The translations under genes were made by a program, and so were the position numbers. Below the pieces are notes generated by a model that ran no database searches, was not told the DNA's origin, and saw nothing but the letters and a program-made list of their open reading frames with translations. Of a stretch of DNA of 64,000 nt, positions 39,213 through 49,835 are shown in pieces; position 1 is the stretch's first letter; every line of letters begins with the position of its first letter. This DNA comes from a bacterium (GTDB lineage Bacteria; Bacteroidota; Ignavibacteria; UBA10030), in NCBI GenBank assembly GCA_043803945.1, contig JAZDJN010000072.1, forward strand, positions 1 through 64,000, written 5' to 3'.

Positions 39213-41036
39213 TCACTTCGCCTTTGCAATCAGCTTCAAAAACTCTTCCGCATTGACAAAGCCGGTTAACCGCTCTACCTCTTCTCCCTTTGCGTTGATA
39301 ATCAGCACAGTCGGTACACCTTTGATCTTGAACCGCTCAGTTAATTTGGTCGTCTCGTCCGACTCCGATTGTGTCATATCAGCTTTATAGGCAGTGAACT
39401 TCTTCAACTCGTCAACAACTCTTGAATCCGAAAAGGTCATCGCATCCAGCTCTTTACACGGAATGCACCAATCGGCATAGAAATCGATGATCATCCGCTC
39501 CTGATTCTTTAACGATGCATCATAAGCCTCAATGGAAAACTTCTGCCACTCCGGACTTGTTTTCTTTGACGGAATCAAAGCATAAATAGAGAGTGCAAGT
39601 ATTGCCAGCGAGAAGATATACTTGAATCGCTTGAAGAACTTTACGCTGTTCGCCGTCTTATCGAAGAGGACAAAGATAAGCACTGCGAGAATACCATAGA
39701 CAGGAAGAACATACGATTGAATCGATTTCGGCAGAATTGGATTGACGAAATAAAATGCCATACCCAAAAGCAAAAATCCAAACAAATGCTTTACCCCTTC
39801 CATCCATTCGCCCGAGCGCGGAAGTTTTTTGATCTTTCCAGAAAAGAGAGCGAGCAGCAAATACGGGAAACCCAATCCCAGCGCAAGCACAAAGAACATC
39901 AGAAATCCATTGAACGGATCTCCTTTCGCTGCGACATAGGTCACCAGCCCTAAGACGAACGGACCAATGCAGGGAGCGGCAACGATGCCCATGGTTAGTC
40001 CCATAAAGAATGCTCCAAAGGTTCCGCTCTTCGCACCGCCTGCCATTGCTGTTAGTGAATCGGGAAGTTTGAATTCGTACACACCGAACTGACTGAGGGC
40101 GAGCACCACGAACAACGCTGCAATACCGATGATGACATACATATTCTGGAGCAGTGCGCCAAACATCGCTCCGCTCAGTGCAGTCACAACACCCACCACC
40201 GAATAGGTCAGAGCCATACCAAGCATATAGAGAAGACCGAGCAGGAAAAGCCTGCTTGTTCTTCCTTCACTTTGTCCGCCAAAGTATCCGATGGTAATCG
40301 GAATAAGAGGATAGACACATGGAGTAAGGTTCAAGGCAAGCCCGCCGAGGAAGATGAGCAACAGACTTATGGCCATTCCACTTTTCTCCAATGTCGAACC
40401 AAGTGAGCTTTGTTCTTCACTCATTTGCGTTTGTGCCTGTTGAGAAGTTGTTGTGGCCGGTGTGTTCTGCTGCTGAACCGGCTGATCCTTGGTTGGTTTT
40501 TCCGGAGTCTTCGGATCCTCCTTTGTTGCGACCGATACCGGTGCTGCTTCTTTCGCTGCACCACCTGCGGTATTCACTTCCAGTATCGTTGTCACCTTGT
40601 TAGGAGGGAGGCAATTGTCGGCATCACAGGCCTGATATTTGAGTTGCACCTCAATCTTGTGCATTCCTGCCTTAGCTGTCTTCTCTACCTCAAAGGTCAT
40701 CTGACAGACCGCGTCTCCTTCATACACAGAAAGTGCTTCTTTGGAAAAACGAGGAATCACATCATGGGCTTCGGGATAGTCGACTTTGACCAGCTTGATC
40801 CCCTCAGCCATTGCTGTTACAAGCGTGGGGATGAGGCTTTCATCTTTCGGTGTGCAGGAGTTGATGTGCCAGGTTGATTTGATATTCACCTGAAGTGTGA
40901 CCTGGAACTGCTCACCTGCTTTACCTCTGATTCCTTTTTGGGAAATGGAGATCTGCACAATATCTTCATTCTGTGCCGATGTCTTGTACACGAGTGCCAG
41001 GAGGATAAGGAGAATAAAGCTGCTCATTTTTTTCAT
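39213..41036 (-). CDS. dsbD: Protein-disulfide reductase DsbD
   Basis: YQAC....C.PP N-domain, LTPCVYP, AAPC.GP, FYADWCIPCK. Confidence 0.92.
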   Translation of the reverse strand: MKKMSSFILLILLALVYKTSAQNEDIVQISISQKGIRGKAGEQFQVTLQVNIKSTWHINSCTPKDESLIPTLVTAMAEGIKLVKVDYPEAHDVIPRFSKEALSVYEGDAVCQMTFEVEKTAKAGMHKIEVQLKYQACDADNCLPPNKVTTILEVNTAGGAAKEAAPVSVATKEDPKTPEKPTKDQPVQQQNTPATTTSQQAQTQMSEEQSSLGSTLEKSGMAISLLLIFLGGLALNLTPCVYPLIPITIGYFGGQSEGRTSRLFLLGLLYMLGMALTYSVVGVVTALSGAMFGALLQNMYVIIGIAALFVVLALSQFGVYEFKLPDSLTAMAGGAKSGTFGAFFMGLTMGIVAAPCIGPFVLGLVTYVAAKGDPFNGFLMFFVLALGLGFPYLLLALFSGKIKKLPRSGEWMEGVKHLFGFLLLGMAFYFVNPILPKSIQSYVLPVYGILAVLIFVLFDKTANSVKFFKRFKYIFSLAILALSIYALIPSKKTSPEWQKFSIEAYDASLKNQERMIIDFYADWCIPCKELDAMTFSDSRVVDELKKFTAYKADMTQSESDETTKLTERFKIKGVPTVLIINAKGEEVERLTGFVNAEEFLKLIAKAK

Positions 41037-41193
41037 GATTATGTGTTGTCTTTCGATAATTCAAAAATCAGAAGTCTATCTTTTCACACCGAGCAATCTA
41101 AGGAAAAAGACGGACTTCTAAAAAAGAAACCGTATGTAATTCTACAGGAGGACTTGCAGGAATGGCTTTGCATAGTACATCGAGCAAGAGATT

Positions 41194-42561
41194 CTACAAT
41201 CCCTCCTGGGCCATGAGATACGCCATCAACGCTATTGCCGATGAACCAAGTGCAAGCTCGCGTTCATTTACGTTCCCGATCACATCATTTGCAGAATGAT
41301 GATAATCGAAATAACGCTGCACATCGACAATCATCGACATCAGGACAACTCCCTTTGCTCCAAGCGGGCTGATATCGGAACCTCCTCCGCCTCGTTGAAT
41401 TTTTCCCGCATCGAAGAGCTTGAATAGTGGTGCCCATTGAGATATTTTCTCGAAGGCTGCTGAGTCACTCACACCGAATCCCTGCGGGCTGAATCCCCCC
41501 ATATCAGATTCGATTGCGACAATCTGCCGTTCGCCGGGACGCTCTTTTGCAGCATAGGCAGTACCGCCGCGCAGGCCGTTCTCTTCATTCATAAACATCA
41601 CCGCACGGATAGTTCGCTTCGGTTTCAATCCAAGTTTCTTGAGAATCCTCAATGCCTCAATGGATTGCACGCATCCGGCTCCGTCGTCATGCGCACCCTG
41701 CCCAACATCCCAGCTATCCAGATGCCCGCCGATGACGATCACCTCTTCAGGCTTCTCTGTTCCGCGTAGTTCACCGATAACGTTTGCCGATTCAACCTCA
41801 GGCAAAGTATGGGCTGAAAGATTGATTTGTACTTTCACCCTCTCGCCCGATGCGAGAATTATACTGAGTTTCTCTGCATCCCTTGTTGACACTGCAATTC
41901 CCGCTACTTTTTTTAAAGAATCGACATAGCCCATTGCACCGGTGTGCGGGACATCATCGATGGTTGTCGTCATCGAACGGACTAATGCTGCCACTCCGCC
42001 GGCACGCGCCGCTTCAATTGCACCTGCACTCCGCTGATCTACTGCACCTCCATATGCTGGGAAAGTATTAAAGAGTGTCCGATCCATCGGCCGGTTAAAG
42101 AAGATTATCTTTCCATGTGCCTTCGATCCAAGCATTCGGAGTTCCTCAAACGATTTGACCTCCACAACTTCAGCTATGATCCCGGCCCTGGGGGTCCCGA
42201 TTGTCCCACCAAGCGCTGTGATTTTCAGGCTCTCCCTCTTTCCATTTTCACGGATCAGAGTTGCTTGTTCTACGGAACCCCGAACCCAGTGAGGAACCAT
42301 AACAGGTTCGGACCAGACACGATCAAACCCAAGTTTTTCCATTTGTTGTTTTGACCAGCGAACTGCCTTTTCCGCACCAGGGGATCCGGCGAGCCGATGG
42401 CCCACTTTGGTTGCAAGTTCGTTCAGCATCTCATAGGAATAGTTGGAGCCTAATGCCTCCTTAAGAATATTCTGGGCAACCGGTTGATAGGTATCGATCG
42501 TTTGCGCTTGAATGCCCGAAATTACAGCACTCACTAAGAGGATCACGAATTTCATTCTCAT
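41194..42561 (-). CDS. M28 peptidase (carboxypeptidase Q-like)
   Basis: G.RL.GS, GGHLDSWD, GAHDDGAG, NEENGL, YHH. Confidence 0.9.
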   Translation of the reverse strand: MRMKFVILLVSAVISGIQAQTIDTYQPVAQNILKEALGSNYSYEMLNELATKVGHRLAGSPGAEKAVRWSKQQMEKLGFDRVWSEPVMVPHWVRGSVEQATLIRENGKRESLKITALGGTIGTPRAGIIAEVVEVKSFEELRMLGSKAHGKIIFFNRPMDRTLFNTFPAYGGAVDQRSAGAIEAARAGGVAALVRSMTTTIDDVPHTGAMGYVDSLKKVAGIAVSTRDAEKLSIILASGERVKVQINLSAHTLPEVESANVIGELRGTEKPEEVIVIGGHLDSWDVGQGAHDDGAGCVQSIEALRILKKLGLKPKRTIRAVMFMNEENGLRGGTAYAAKERPGERQIVAIESDMGGFSPQGFGVSDSAAFEKISQWAPLFKLFDAGKIQRGGGGSDISPLGAKGVVLMSMIVDVQRYFDYHHSANDVIGNVNERELALGSSAIALMAYLMAQEGL

Positions 42562-42814
42562 GAATTACCTTTCACATTAAAACTTCTGATAGTTCGTTCC
42601 AGTACATTGTATCGACTCCCAAAGTGGGCAGGCAAGAACGTCGATACAGGAGTGGTTCTTCTCAGGTTGAAACGACGGTGCTTGACCCGCTATGCTATTT
42701 AAAAGCTAATAAAATTTACACCCCTCTTCAATGATGACATTCTGAAATCCAGACATTTTTACATGAAGATAGCTTTGGTGAAAAGGGAAATATCCAGATG
42801 CCAATAAGAATTGC

Positions 42815-42843
42815 TTGCAGGATACTACTCCAAATGTTACATT
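42815..42843 (+). promoter_or_regulatory. Candidate sigma70 promoter
   Basis: TTGCAG-17 bp-TACATT with extended TG. Confidence 0.5.
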
Positions 42844-42902
42844 TAATACAAAAGATTTCCTGATCTCGAAATTTGGGATGGGATCTGATCTGAAAGTGGA
42901 CC

Positions 42903-43295
42903 ATGGAAAAGAAACTACAACTTCATCTCCTCAACGAAACATTTACCATTAATAAGCTCCCCCAGTTTGGCGAAATTCCTTCGATCTTCACACGGGGAGA
43001 GATGGTATTCATTGCACGTACAGATGAAGAACTCTCAGTTATTTGTCCTGAATTCATGGCACCGAACAATGTCCAGCAAGAAACAGGCTTGCGCTGCATC
43101 CGTCTTGAAGGGCAATATAAATTGCAGGATCTCGGTATTATCATCGCCGTACTTAATCCTCTCCAGGAAGCCAATATTCCTGTACTCACCATCAGTACCT
43201 TCAATACCGATTATATTTTTATTATGGAAGATCTTTTGGTAAATGCAGTTCAGGCGCTTCAGCAAGCCGGACACGAATTCGTCCACAAAGAATAA
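42903..43295 (+). CDS. ACT-domain protein (CASTOR-like)
   Basis: RTDEELSVIC, ISTFNTDYIF, A..AL..AG. Confidence 0.88.
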   Translation: MEKKLQLHLLNETFTINKLPQFGEIPSIFTRGEMVFIARTDEELSVICPEFMAPNNVQQETGLRCIRLEGQYKLQDLGIIIAVLNPLQEANIPVLTISTFNTDYIFIMEDLLVNAVQALQQAGHEFVHKE

Positions 43296-43299
43296 GCGT

Positions 43300-43458
43300 T
43301 CCATACAGCCATTGCCTTGTTCTGCTCTATAAAGTTACACTCTTTTCTTGAATTGTCCGTTGCAGTACTTCACGATTCATAAACCCCGCCGCCAGCATCT
43401 GGTGAGTCTTTACATCCGGGATAATTACTTCATAGAGATCGTCGATATCTTTTTTCAT
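43300..43458 (-). pseudogene. hisI: Decayed N-terminal fragment of phosphoribosyl-AMP cyclohydrolase
   Basis: DDLYEVIIPDVKTHQMLAAGFMNREVLQRTIQEKSVTL*SRTRQW resembles HisI GL.P.IVQD..T..VLM..YMN.EA...T......FWSRSRQ with Trp changed to a stop. Confidence 0.55.
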
Positions 43459-43521
43459 GGGGTGGCTCTCGATATACAAGAAAATATTTCCTATGCTTAC
43501 CACCACGAAAGGAAAACAACC

Positions 43522-44469
43522 ATGATCACATACGCCGATATTGAAGCTGCTTATCGTCTCGTTCGGCCCATCGTTCACAAAACACCCATTCTCACGTCTC
43601 GGATATTCAATCGGCACTGCGGAAACGAAGTGTTTCTGAAAGCGGAGAACCTCCAGAGGATCGGGGCATTTAAAATCCGCGGGGCTTACAATAAACTCGC
43701 CACCCTCACGCCGGAAGAACGTTCGCGGGGAGTCGTGGCTCATTCCTCAGGAAACCATGCCCAGGGTGTCGCTCTTGCAGCATCGCTCCTGGGAATGAAA
43801 GCGACTGTTGTGATGCCGAAAAACTCACCGCCGAACAAGGTTGCAGGAGCCGAAGCATACGGAGCGGAAGTCGTTTTTTGTGAAGATTCATCAGATGAAC
43901 GGGCGAGAATAGCAAAGGAGCTTGAGCAGCGGTTCAACTACGTGCCTGTCCCTCCCTTTGATGATGACAAGATCATTGCAGGCCAGGGAACGGCAATGAT
44001 TGAAGTTGCACAAGACCTTCAGAACCTTGATTACTTGTTCGTTCCCATCGGCGGAGGAGGATTGATCGGCGGGAATGCCATTGCGGCCAAGGCACTCTTC
44101 CCTTCCATTAAAGTGATTGGTGTCGAAACAGAACCGGCGAACGATTGCCAGCAGTCCTTCCGAAAAAAGGAGATTGTGAAAATCAATCCGCCGGATACTA
44201 TCGCCGACGGCATGCGCACACAGGCAGTGGGAAAACGGAATTTTGAGATTATCCTGAATTATGTCGATGATGTCATCACAGTGACTGATGCTCAGGTCAT
44301 TGCGATGATCAAATTCTTTCTCGAACGAATGAAGATTGTTGTAGAACCAACCGGTGCTGTTGCACCGGCGGCAATCTACCATAACATCCTTCAACTCTCT
44401 GAAAAGAAAGCTTGCGCAATCATCAGTGGAGGGAACATCAACATGGAACTTCTGAAGAAACTCCTATGA
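43522..44469 (+). CDS. PLP-dependent serine/threonine dehydratase or serine racemase family
   Basis: LKAENLQR.GAFKIRGA, SSGNHAQG, GGGGL, EPTGA, SGGN. Confidence 0.93.
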   Translation: MITYADIEAAYRLVRPIVHKTPILTSRIFNRHCGNEVFLKAENLQRIGAFKIRGAYNKLATLTPEERSRGVVAHSSGNHAQGVALAASLLGMKATVVMPKNSPPNKVAGAEAYGAEVVFCEDSSDERARIAKELEQRFNYVPVPPFDDDKIIAGQGTAMIEVAQDLQNLDYLFVPIGGGGLIGGNAIAAKALFPSIKVIGVETEPANDCQQSFRKKEIVKINPPDTIADGMRTQAVGKRNFEIILNYVDDVITVTDAQVIAMIKFFLERMKIVVEPTGAVAPAAIYHNILQLSEKKACAIISGGNINMELLKKLL

Positions 44470-44579
44470 CAGAGGAGCACTGAAACGAGGGATTGAGCTG
44501 ACTGCGATCCTGCCGAATCTTCCCGCGGCTGTGCTTTGTTTCAGAGCTATAGTCCCGACTACTGGATCATATCCCGCTA

Positions 44580-46034
44580 TTAGAAAAAGAGGTGAAGCAG
44601 GCTGTTTTTCTTTATCAGTTGTGTAATCTTCTTTTTGAATCCCTTTCGGTTATCTTTCTCTTTTTCAATCTCCACCACTAATTGCTGCCAATCGCTTCGT
44701 TTCGCTTGAGAGTCAGATTTCGACCTATGCGGCTGTTTTGTATGCTCATGCTTGTGTTTATCCACACCATGGTCTTTCTGACGGAGTGGGCCTCGATGTT
44801 CATGCCTGGAACCCTCATGACGACGCTCTTGCCTGTGAGGCCTCTGCTCCTTATGAGTTTCAGCTTTTTCAGGCTGCTTGTGTTCCGGTGCGGGGGCAGG
44901 GCTCTTCGAGTAATCAAAGCCATGGTATTCCTTCACGTCGAATCGTTTTCCGATGAATCGTTCGATTCTTTTTATGTACTCCCGCTCCTGGTGGGAAACA
45001 AATGTAATTGCATCGCCTGTCGCTTCGGCGCGGCCTGTACGGCCAATGCGATGAATATAATCTTCAGCAAAGGTTGGCGTGTCGTAATTGATAACGTGCG
45101 AGATGCCTTCCACATCAATCCCACGCGCAGCAATATCAGTCGCTACAAGAATTCTATAGCGCCCTTGTTTGAATCCTGCCAATGCTTGTTGGCGTTGCGC
45201 CTGGGTCCGGTTGGAGTGAATTGCAATTGCTTTCAGATTGCTTTTTTCGAGGCGTCGTGTGATTTTATCGGCGCCGTGCTTCGTGCGGGAGAACACCAGG
45301 ACACTATCCATCTCCTGTTTATTGATGATGTGCACAAGGAGCGACAACTTCAACTCATGGGGGATAGCATAGAAATGCTGACGTACCGAATCGACCGGTT
45401 TGCGCTGCTCGCCAATCTCAATCAGTTCGGGATGCTTTTGTACCGAGCTCACAAGCTCTTTCACCTGCGTGGATATTGTTGCGGAGAACAACAAGGTTTG
45501 ACGTTTCGCCGGAATCTGTGCGATAATCTTCCTGACATCAGTGATAAATCCCATATCGAACATTCTGTCTGCTTCATCGATCACAAGAAACTCAACCTGG
45601 GAAAGAGAGATTGATCCGCGGTTCATATGATCGATGAGGCGCCCCGGTGTTGCTACAACGATATCGATGCCGCGACGGAGGCGTTTTACTTGATTTTCCA
45701 TATTGACGCCGCCGTAAACAGCCAGGCAGCGAATGGATGTAAACCGACCATACTGGGTTACAAATTCTTCGACCTGCTGAGCAAGTTCACGGGTAGGTGT
45801 TAAAACGAGCCCGCGCACGTGGAGCCTGGTAATATGATGCTTGATAAATCTATCGAGCATCGGCAAAACAAATGCTGCGGTTTTTCCTGTACCGGTTCGT
45901 GCGCAGCCGATAATGTCTTTCCCCGCGACGGAAAGGGGAATCGCACGAGATTGAATTGCGGTTGGTGCGGTATACCCGGTGGCGAGAATACCCTGAACGA
46001 GTTGGTCTGAGAGACCAAGTTTTGAAAATGGCAT
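44580..46034 (-). CDS. DEAD-box RNA helicase (RhlE-like)
   Basis: TGTGKT, PTRELA, TPGRL, DEAD, SAT, ARGID, HRIGRTGR; basic/His-rich tail. Confidence 0.96.
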   Translation of the reverse strand: MPFSKLGLSDQLVQGILATGYTAPTAIQSRAIPLSVAGKDIIGCARTGTGKTAAFVLPMLDRFIKHHITRLHVRGLVLTPTRELAQQVEEFVTQYGRFTSIRCLAVYGGVNMENQVKRLRRGIDIVVATPGRLIDHMNRGSISLSQVEFLVIDEADRMFDMGFITDVRKIIAQIPAKRQTLLFSATISTQVKELVSSVQKHPELIEIGEQRKPVDSVRQHFYAIPHELKLSLLVHIINKQEMDSVLVFSRTKHGADKITRRLEKSNLKAIAIHSNRTQAQRQQALAGFKQGRYRILVATDIAARGIDVEGISHVINYDTPTFAEDYIHRIGRTGRAEATGDAITFVSHQEREYIKRIERFIGKRFDVKEYHGFDYSKSPAPAPEHKQPEKAETHKEQRPHRQERRHEGSRHEHRGPLRQKDHGVDKHKHEHTKQPHRSKSDSQAKRSDWQQLVVEIEKEKDNRKGFKKKITQLIKKNSLLHLFF

Positions 46035-46386
46035 AAATGTATCCTAAGAAAAATATTGAAGAAACACGCTGCGAAAGATGGAAATTGGCAGAGATGAAAT
46101 CACGGCAGGTTGAACGCCAGGTTCAAGACAACTGAACACAGCATCCTTTTGTGAGTACCTTAGCTTGTCATCATCAGAGAGCGAGTCTCAAATGTCCGCT
46201 CTCAATGCACAAGTGCAAAAAAGCGGTAGCCGCTGCTTGCGGCTAAATTAAGATACGCTATTTTGCGCTGAGTTCCTACAAAATAGTTGATCGAACAGAG
46301 GATCACGGCGTAGAGCGTTCCACCATACGAAGATCGCTCAGGCTCTATTCCACACCAGATGATAGTCAGGTTTACCACTTTCTTAC

Positions 46387-46415
46387 TTGCCAGGGGATAA
46401 ATTCTTTCCTATTTT
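46387..46415 (+). promoter_or_regulatory. Candidate sigma70 promoter for etfBA
   Basis: TTGCCA-17 bp-TATTTT. Confidence 0.45.
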
Positions 46416-46544
46416 CTGAACCACCGGATTCATTTGAGACAGTTTATTGTTTGAAAAAGATAGACGGTGATTGAAGTACCCAATAAGATTCTTCTGTCGC
46501 TGAGAAAAACTCTAGACACCATTCACTATTAAAGCACAAACTTT

Positions 46545-47291
46545 ATGAAGCTCGCAGTCTGTATCAACCACGTTCCTGACACGGCCGCAAAAATCAATGT
46601 CGGCCCTGATGGAAAAACTATTGATAAAACCGGCATCACCTACATTATCAGCCCGTATGATGAAATCGCCATTGAGGAATGCCTCCGGCTGAAAGAAAAA
46701 AATGGCGGCGAAGTGTATGCAATCTCTCTGGGAACCGATTCTCACAAAGAGTCGCTCCGCAAAGCGTTTGCCATGGGAGTTGATAAGGCGGTTCTTCTGA
46801 AAGACGATACAACACGCGATTCCTTCAGTGTTGCACAGGCACTTGCCGAGTACCTGAAAGAGCTCGCACCTGATGTAATGTTCTTCGGCAAACAGTCGGT
46901 TGATTACGACGACTCTGCTGTTGGCGTGATGGTGGCTGAAATGTTAGGACTCCCTTCCGTTGCCGTGACCGTAAAACTTGAAATTGCAGACGGCATTGTG
47001 AAGGCAGAGCGGGAAATCGAAGGCGGATTCGAGATTGTTGAGACAAAACTCCCGGCGGTTTTTACAGCACAGAAGGGATTGAATGAACCGCGTTATCCCT
47101 CCCTCAAAGGAATCATGGCGGCGAAGAGTAAGACTATCGAAGAACGTCAACCAACGCCGCCTCAAGTGAAGGTCGAAGTCATCCGTATGCACAAACCGGC
47201 AGGCAAAAGCGCCGGCAAGATTATCGGAACCGATACAACGGCTGTCCCGGAACTTGTCCGTCTTTTACATGAAGAAGCAAAGGTAATATAA
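46545..47291 (+). CDS. etfB: Electron transfer flavoprotein beta subunit
   Basis: C..VPD, PYDE.A.EE, AMG.D.A, GKQSVD, NEPRYPSLKGIM.AK. Confidence 0.96.
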   Translation: MKLAVCINHVPDTAAKINVGPDGKTIDKTGITYIISPYDEIAIEECLRLKEKNGGEVYAISLGTDSHKESLRKAFAMGVDKAVLLKDDTTRDSFSVAQALAEYLKELAPDVMFFGKQSVDYDDSAVGVMVAEMLGLPSVAVTVKLEIADGIVKAEREIEGGFEIVETKLPAVFTAQKGLNEPRYPSLKGIMAAKSKTIEERQPTPPQVKVEVIRMHKPAGKSAGKIIGTDTTAVPELVRLLHEEAKVI

Positions 47292-47385
47292 CGGTATACC
47301 GTTTACTGGATACGGTAGACAGTGGACAGTTTACCGTATACCGTTTACGATTCACCATTTACTATTGACTATTCACCAATATTCA
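47291..47385. repeat. Degenerate heptamer tandem repeat between etfB and etfA
   Basis: acggtat accgttt actggat acggtag acagtgg acagttt accgtat accgttt acgattc accattt. Confidence 0.75.
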
Positions 47386-47404
47386 TTAACGATCTGATAT
47401 TCTT

Positions 47405-48379
47405 ATGAAAATTTTAGCATTTGCCGAACAGCGTGACAATAAATTCAAAAAGGTTGCCTTTGAAGCCATCACTGCTGCAAAATCCCTAGCTGCTTCCATG
47501 AACGGTGAAGTGATCTCTCTCCTGATCGGCTCAGAGGTGACGGGAATTGCATCAATACTAGGAGGTTATGGGGCAAGTAAAGTATACACCATTGAGGATC
47601 CCCGGCTCGCCAATTACTCTCCAACCGCCTATGCAAAGTGCATTGCTGAAGTTGCCAAAGAGCAGGGGGCGGATATTATCTTCATCCCTGCGACAGCAAT
47701 GGGCAAAGATCTTGCACCCAGAGTTGCAGTGAAGCTGAGTGCGGGACTTGCTTCAGATTGCGTCAGCATCAAACATGAGAATGGAGAACTTATTGCTTCG
47801 CGCCCGGTGTATGCCGGTAAGGCAACACTCGACATTAGAATTTCATCTCCCGTGAAAGTGTTTGCTCTTCGTCCGAACGTTTTTCAGCCGGGCATCAGCG
47901 AAGATACTGCCGCTCCGGTTGAAAAAGCAGGTGTCGCTCTCACCGATCAGGACTTCTCCGTCGTTGTCAAAGAGCTCAAACAATCCACCGGCAAGCTTGA
48001 TGTGGCTGAAGCGGATATCATCGTTACCGGTGGACGGGGATTGAAAGGACCGGAGAACTTCCAGTTGATTGAAAATCTCGCCGCCGCGTTAGGTGGTGCC
48101 GTTGGAGCCTCGCGTGCTGTTGTCGACGCAGGCTGGCGTCCACATAGCGAACAAGTGGGGCAAACCGGAAAAACTGTTTCACCGACACTCTACGTTGCGG
48201 TTGCCGTGTCCGGCGCGATCCAGCATCTTGCGGGAATGTCTTCTTCGAAGTATATTGTAGCCATCAACAAGGATAAAGATGCACCGATATTCCATGTGGC
48301 CAGTTATGGCATTGTGGGCGATGCGTTTGAGATCGTTCCTGCTCTCACAGTAGAGGTAAAGAAGCTGTTAGGAAAATAA
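47405..48379 (+). CDS. etfA: Electron transfer flavoprotein alpha subunit
   Basis: [40 protein letters not shown]. Confidence 0.97.
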   Translation: MKILAFAEQRDNKFKKVAFEAITAAKSLAASMNGEVISLLIGSEVTGIASILGGYGASKVYTIEDPRLANYSPTAYAKCIAEVAKEQGADIIFIPATAMGKDLAPRVAVKLSAGLASDCVSIKHENGELIASRPVYAGKATLDIRISSPVKVFALRPNVFQPGISEDTAAPVEKAGVALTDQDFSVVVKELKQSTGKLDVAEADIIVTGGRGLKGPENFQLIENLAAALGGAVGASRAVVDAGWRPHSEQVGQTGKTVSPTLYVAVAVSGAIQHLAGMSSSKYIVAINKDKDAPIFHVASYGIVGDAFEIVPALTVEVKKLLGK

Positions 48380-48398
48380 CGAGAGACGAAAGGCAGTT

Positions 48399-48980
48399 GT
48401 GGAGAGAATTCAGGTCGATATTCTCGGATTACAAACAAGTCCATCGAGCGGAGGCGCGTACGCGCTCATTCTTAAAGAGTTGAACGGACCGCGTCGGCTC
48501 CCGATCATTATCGGTGCATTCGAAGCTCAATCCATTGCCCTTGAGATGGAAGGCATCAAACCGCCACGGCCTCTTACTCATGACCTGCTCAAGAATATCA
48601 TCGATACGCTCGGCGCAGAGTTGAACGATGTCTTCATCAATGAACTCCGCGAAGGGACATTCTTCGCCAAGTTGAGCGTCGATGCTCAGGAAATCGATTC
48701 ACGCCCAAGCGATGCAATCGCGCTTGCTGTCCGTTTCGGAGTGCCCATTTACGTTGCTGATAAAGTGATGGACGAAGCTTCATTCGTTCCGGAAAACGAA
48801 GACCAGGAAAAAATCACCCCATTAATATCCGCTCCGGCAGAAGGCGAAGCGATCAAACCGAAAACCTCAAGACTCGAACAATTGCAGCAACAGTTGCTCG
48901 ATGCCGTTGCCAAAGAGGAATACGAAAAAGCGGCACGACTCCGAGACGAAATCCATAAACTCGAATCACGAAATACATAA
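48399..48980 (+). CDS. Bifunctional nuclease (DUF151) with C-terminal UVR domain
   Basis: LPI.IG.FEA, PRPLTHDL, DSRPSDAIALA, E.YE.AA.LRD. Confidence 0.93.
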   Translation: MERIQVDILGLQTSPSSGGAYALILKELNGPRRLPIIIGAFEAQSIALEMEGIKPPRPLTHDLLKNIIDTLGAELNDVFINELREGTFFAKLSVDAQEIDSRPSDAIALAVRFGVPIYVADKVMDEASFVPENEDQEKITPLISAPAEGEAIKPKTSRLEQLQQQLLDAVAKEEYEKAARLRDEIHKLESRNT

Positions 48981-49024
48981 GCATTATCGTTACTCACCAA
49001 CTCAATAATTCTGGAGGTCTCATT

Positions 49025-49810
49025 TTGAAAGCACAACTACTCACCATGCTGCTCACACTGTGTTGCCTGTTGCTTCTTGCCGGACCATTGCTTGCCCAAA
49101 ATCCTGAAAAGGTAAAACAACTCATGACCGAAGGGGATGAGTTTGCTGAAAAAACCTTTGATAATCAAAAGGCGCTGAAGAGCTACCAGGAAGCACTCAC
49201 TCTTGATCCAAATAACTTTGATCTGCTCTGGCGGATCAGCCGTGCCTACGTCGATATTGGTGAACATCTTCCGGCGGGCACTGAAATGGAGAAACAAGCC
49301 CAGCTTGATCATTATGCAAAGGCTCTCGACTTCGCAAAGAAAGCCATTGCCGCTAACGCATCGGGATCGATGGGCTATACCCGAAAAGCGATTGCCAATG
49401 GCCGTATTGCATTGTTTAAAGGTATCTGGGAATCGCTCGATCTGGTGAAACAAACGAAGGCAGATTGTGAAAAAGCGATTTCGCTCGATCCAAATAATGC
49501 GGCTGTCTACTACGTCCTTGCCCGGACACACCTGAAGGTCTGCGAAAAACCAAAAATCGTTCGCTGGCCACTCGGTCTTGGCTGGGCTAACCTCGAGGAA
49601 TCGGTCAAACTCTTCGAGAAAGCGATTGCCTTACGTCCGGAGTTTGCCATGTATAAACTGGATTGTGCACGAGCGTATGTTGAACTCGATGAATTCAACA
49701 AAGCACGCACTCACCTCACTGCGATGGCATCGCTTCCAAAACTTGATGAAGATGATGATCAGTTTAAAAAAGAAGCGAAAGAGTTATTGGACAAGATCAA
49801 GAACGAATAG
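49025..49810 (+). CDS. Secreted TPR-repeat protein (RMD1/FAM82-like)
   Basis: Signal peptide; LWRISRAY.D.G, EKAI.L.P; similar layout to 11311-12081. Confidence 0.75.
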   Translation: MKAQLLTMLLTLCCLLLLAGPLLAQNPEKVKQLMTEGDEFAEKTFDNQKALKSYQEALTLDPNNFDLLWRISRAYVDIGEHLPAGTEMEKQAQLDHYAKALDFAKKAIAANASGSMGYTRKAIANGRIALFKGIWESLDLVKQTKADCEKAISLDPNNAAVYYVLARTHLKVCEKPKIVRWPLGLGWANLEESVKLFEKAIALRPEFAMYKLDCARAYVELDEFNKARTHLTAMASLPKLDEDDDQFKKEAKELLDKIKNE

Positions 49811-49835
49811 TAGATTGATTCCCACGATCATCACG

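Noticed and set aside
42600-42700. Hairpin tgtatcgac..gtcgataca upstream of the M28 peptidase
   Set aside because: Single stem with no family features; cannot tell leader RNA from repeat remnant
43348-43521. N-terminal extension of the dehydratase
   Set aside because: Family similarity and an AAGGA RBS point to ATG 43522; the extension covers the antisense hisI remnant
44682-45614. 310-aa plus-strand ORF
   Set aside because: Antisense shadow of the DEAD-box helicase with no motifs; the same applies to the other overlapping short ORFs
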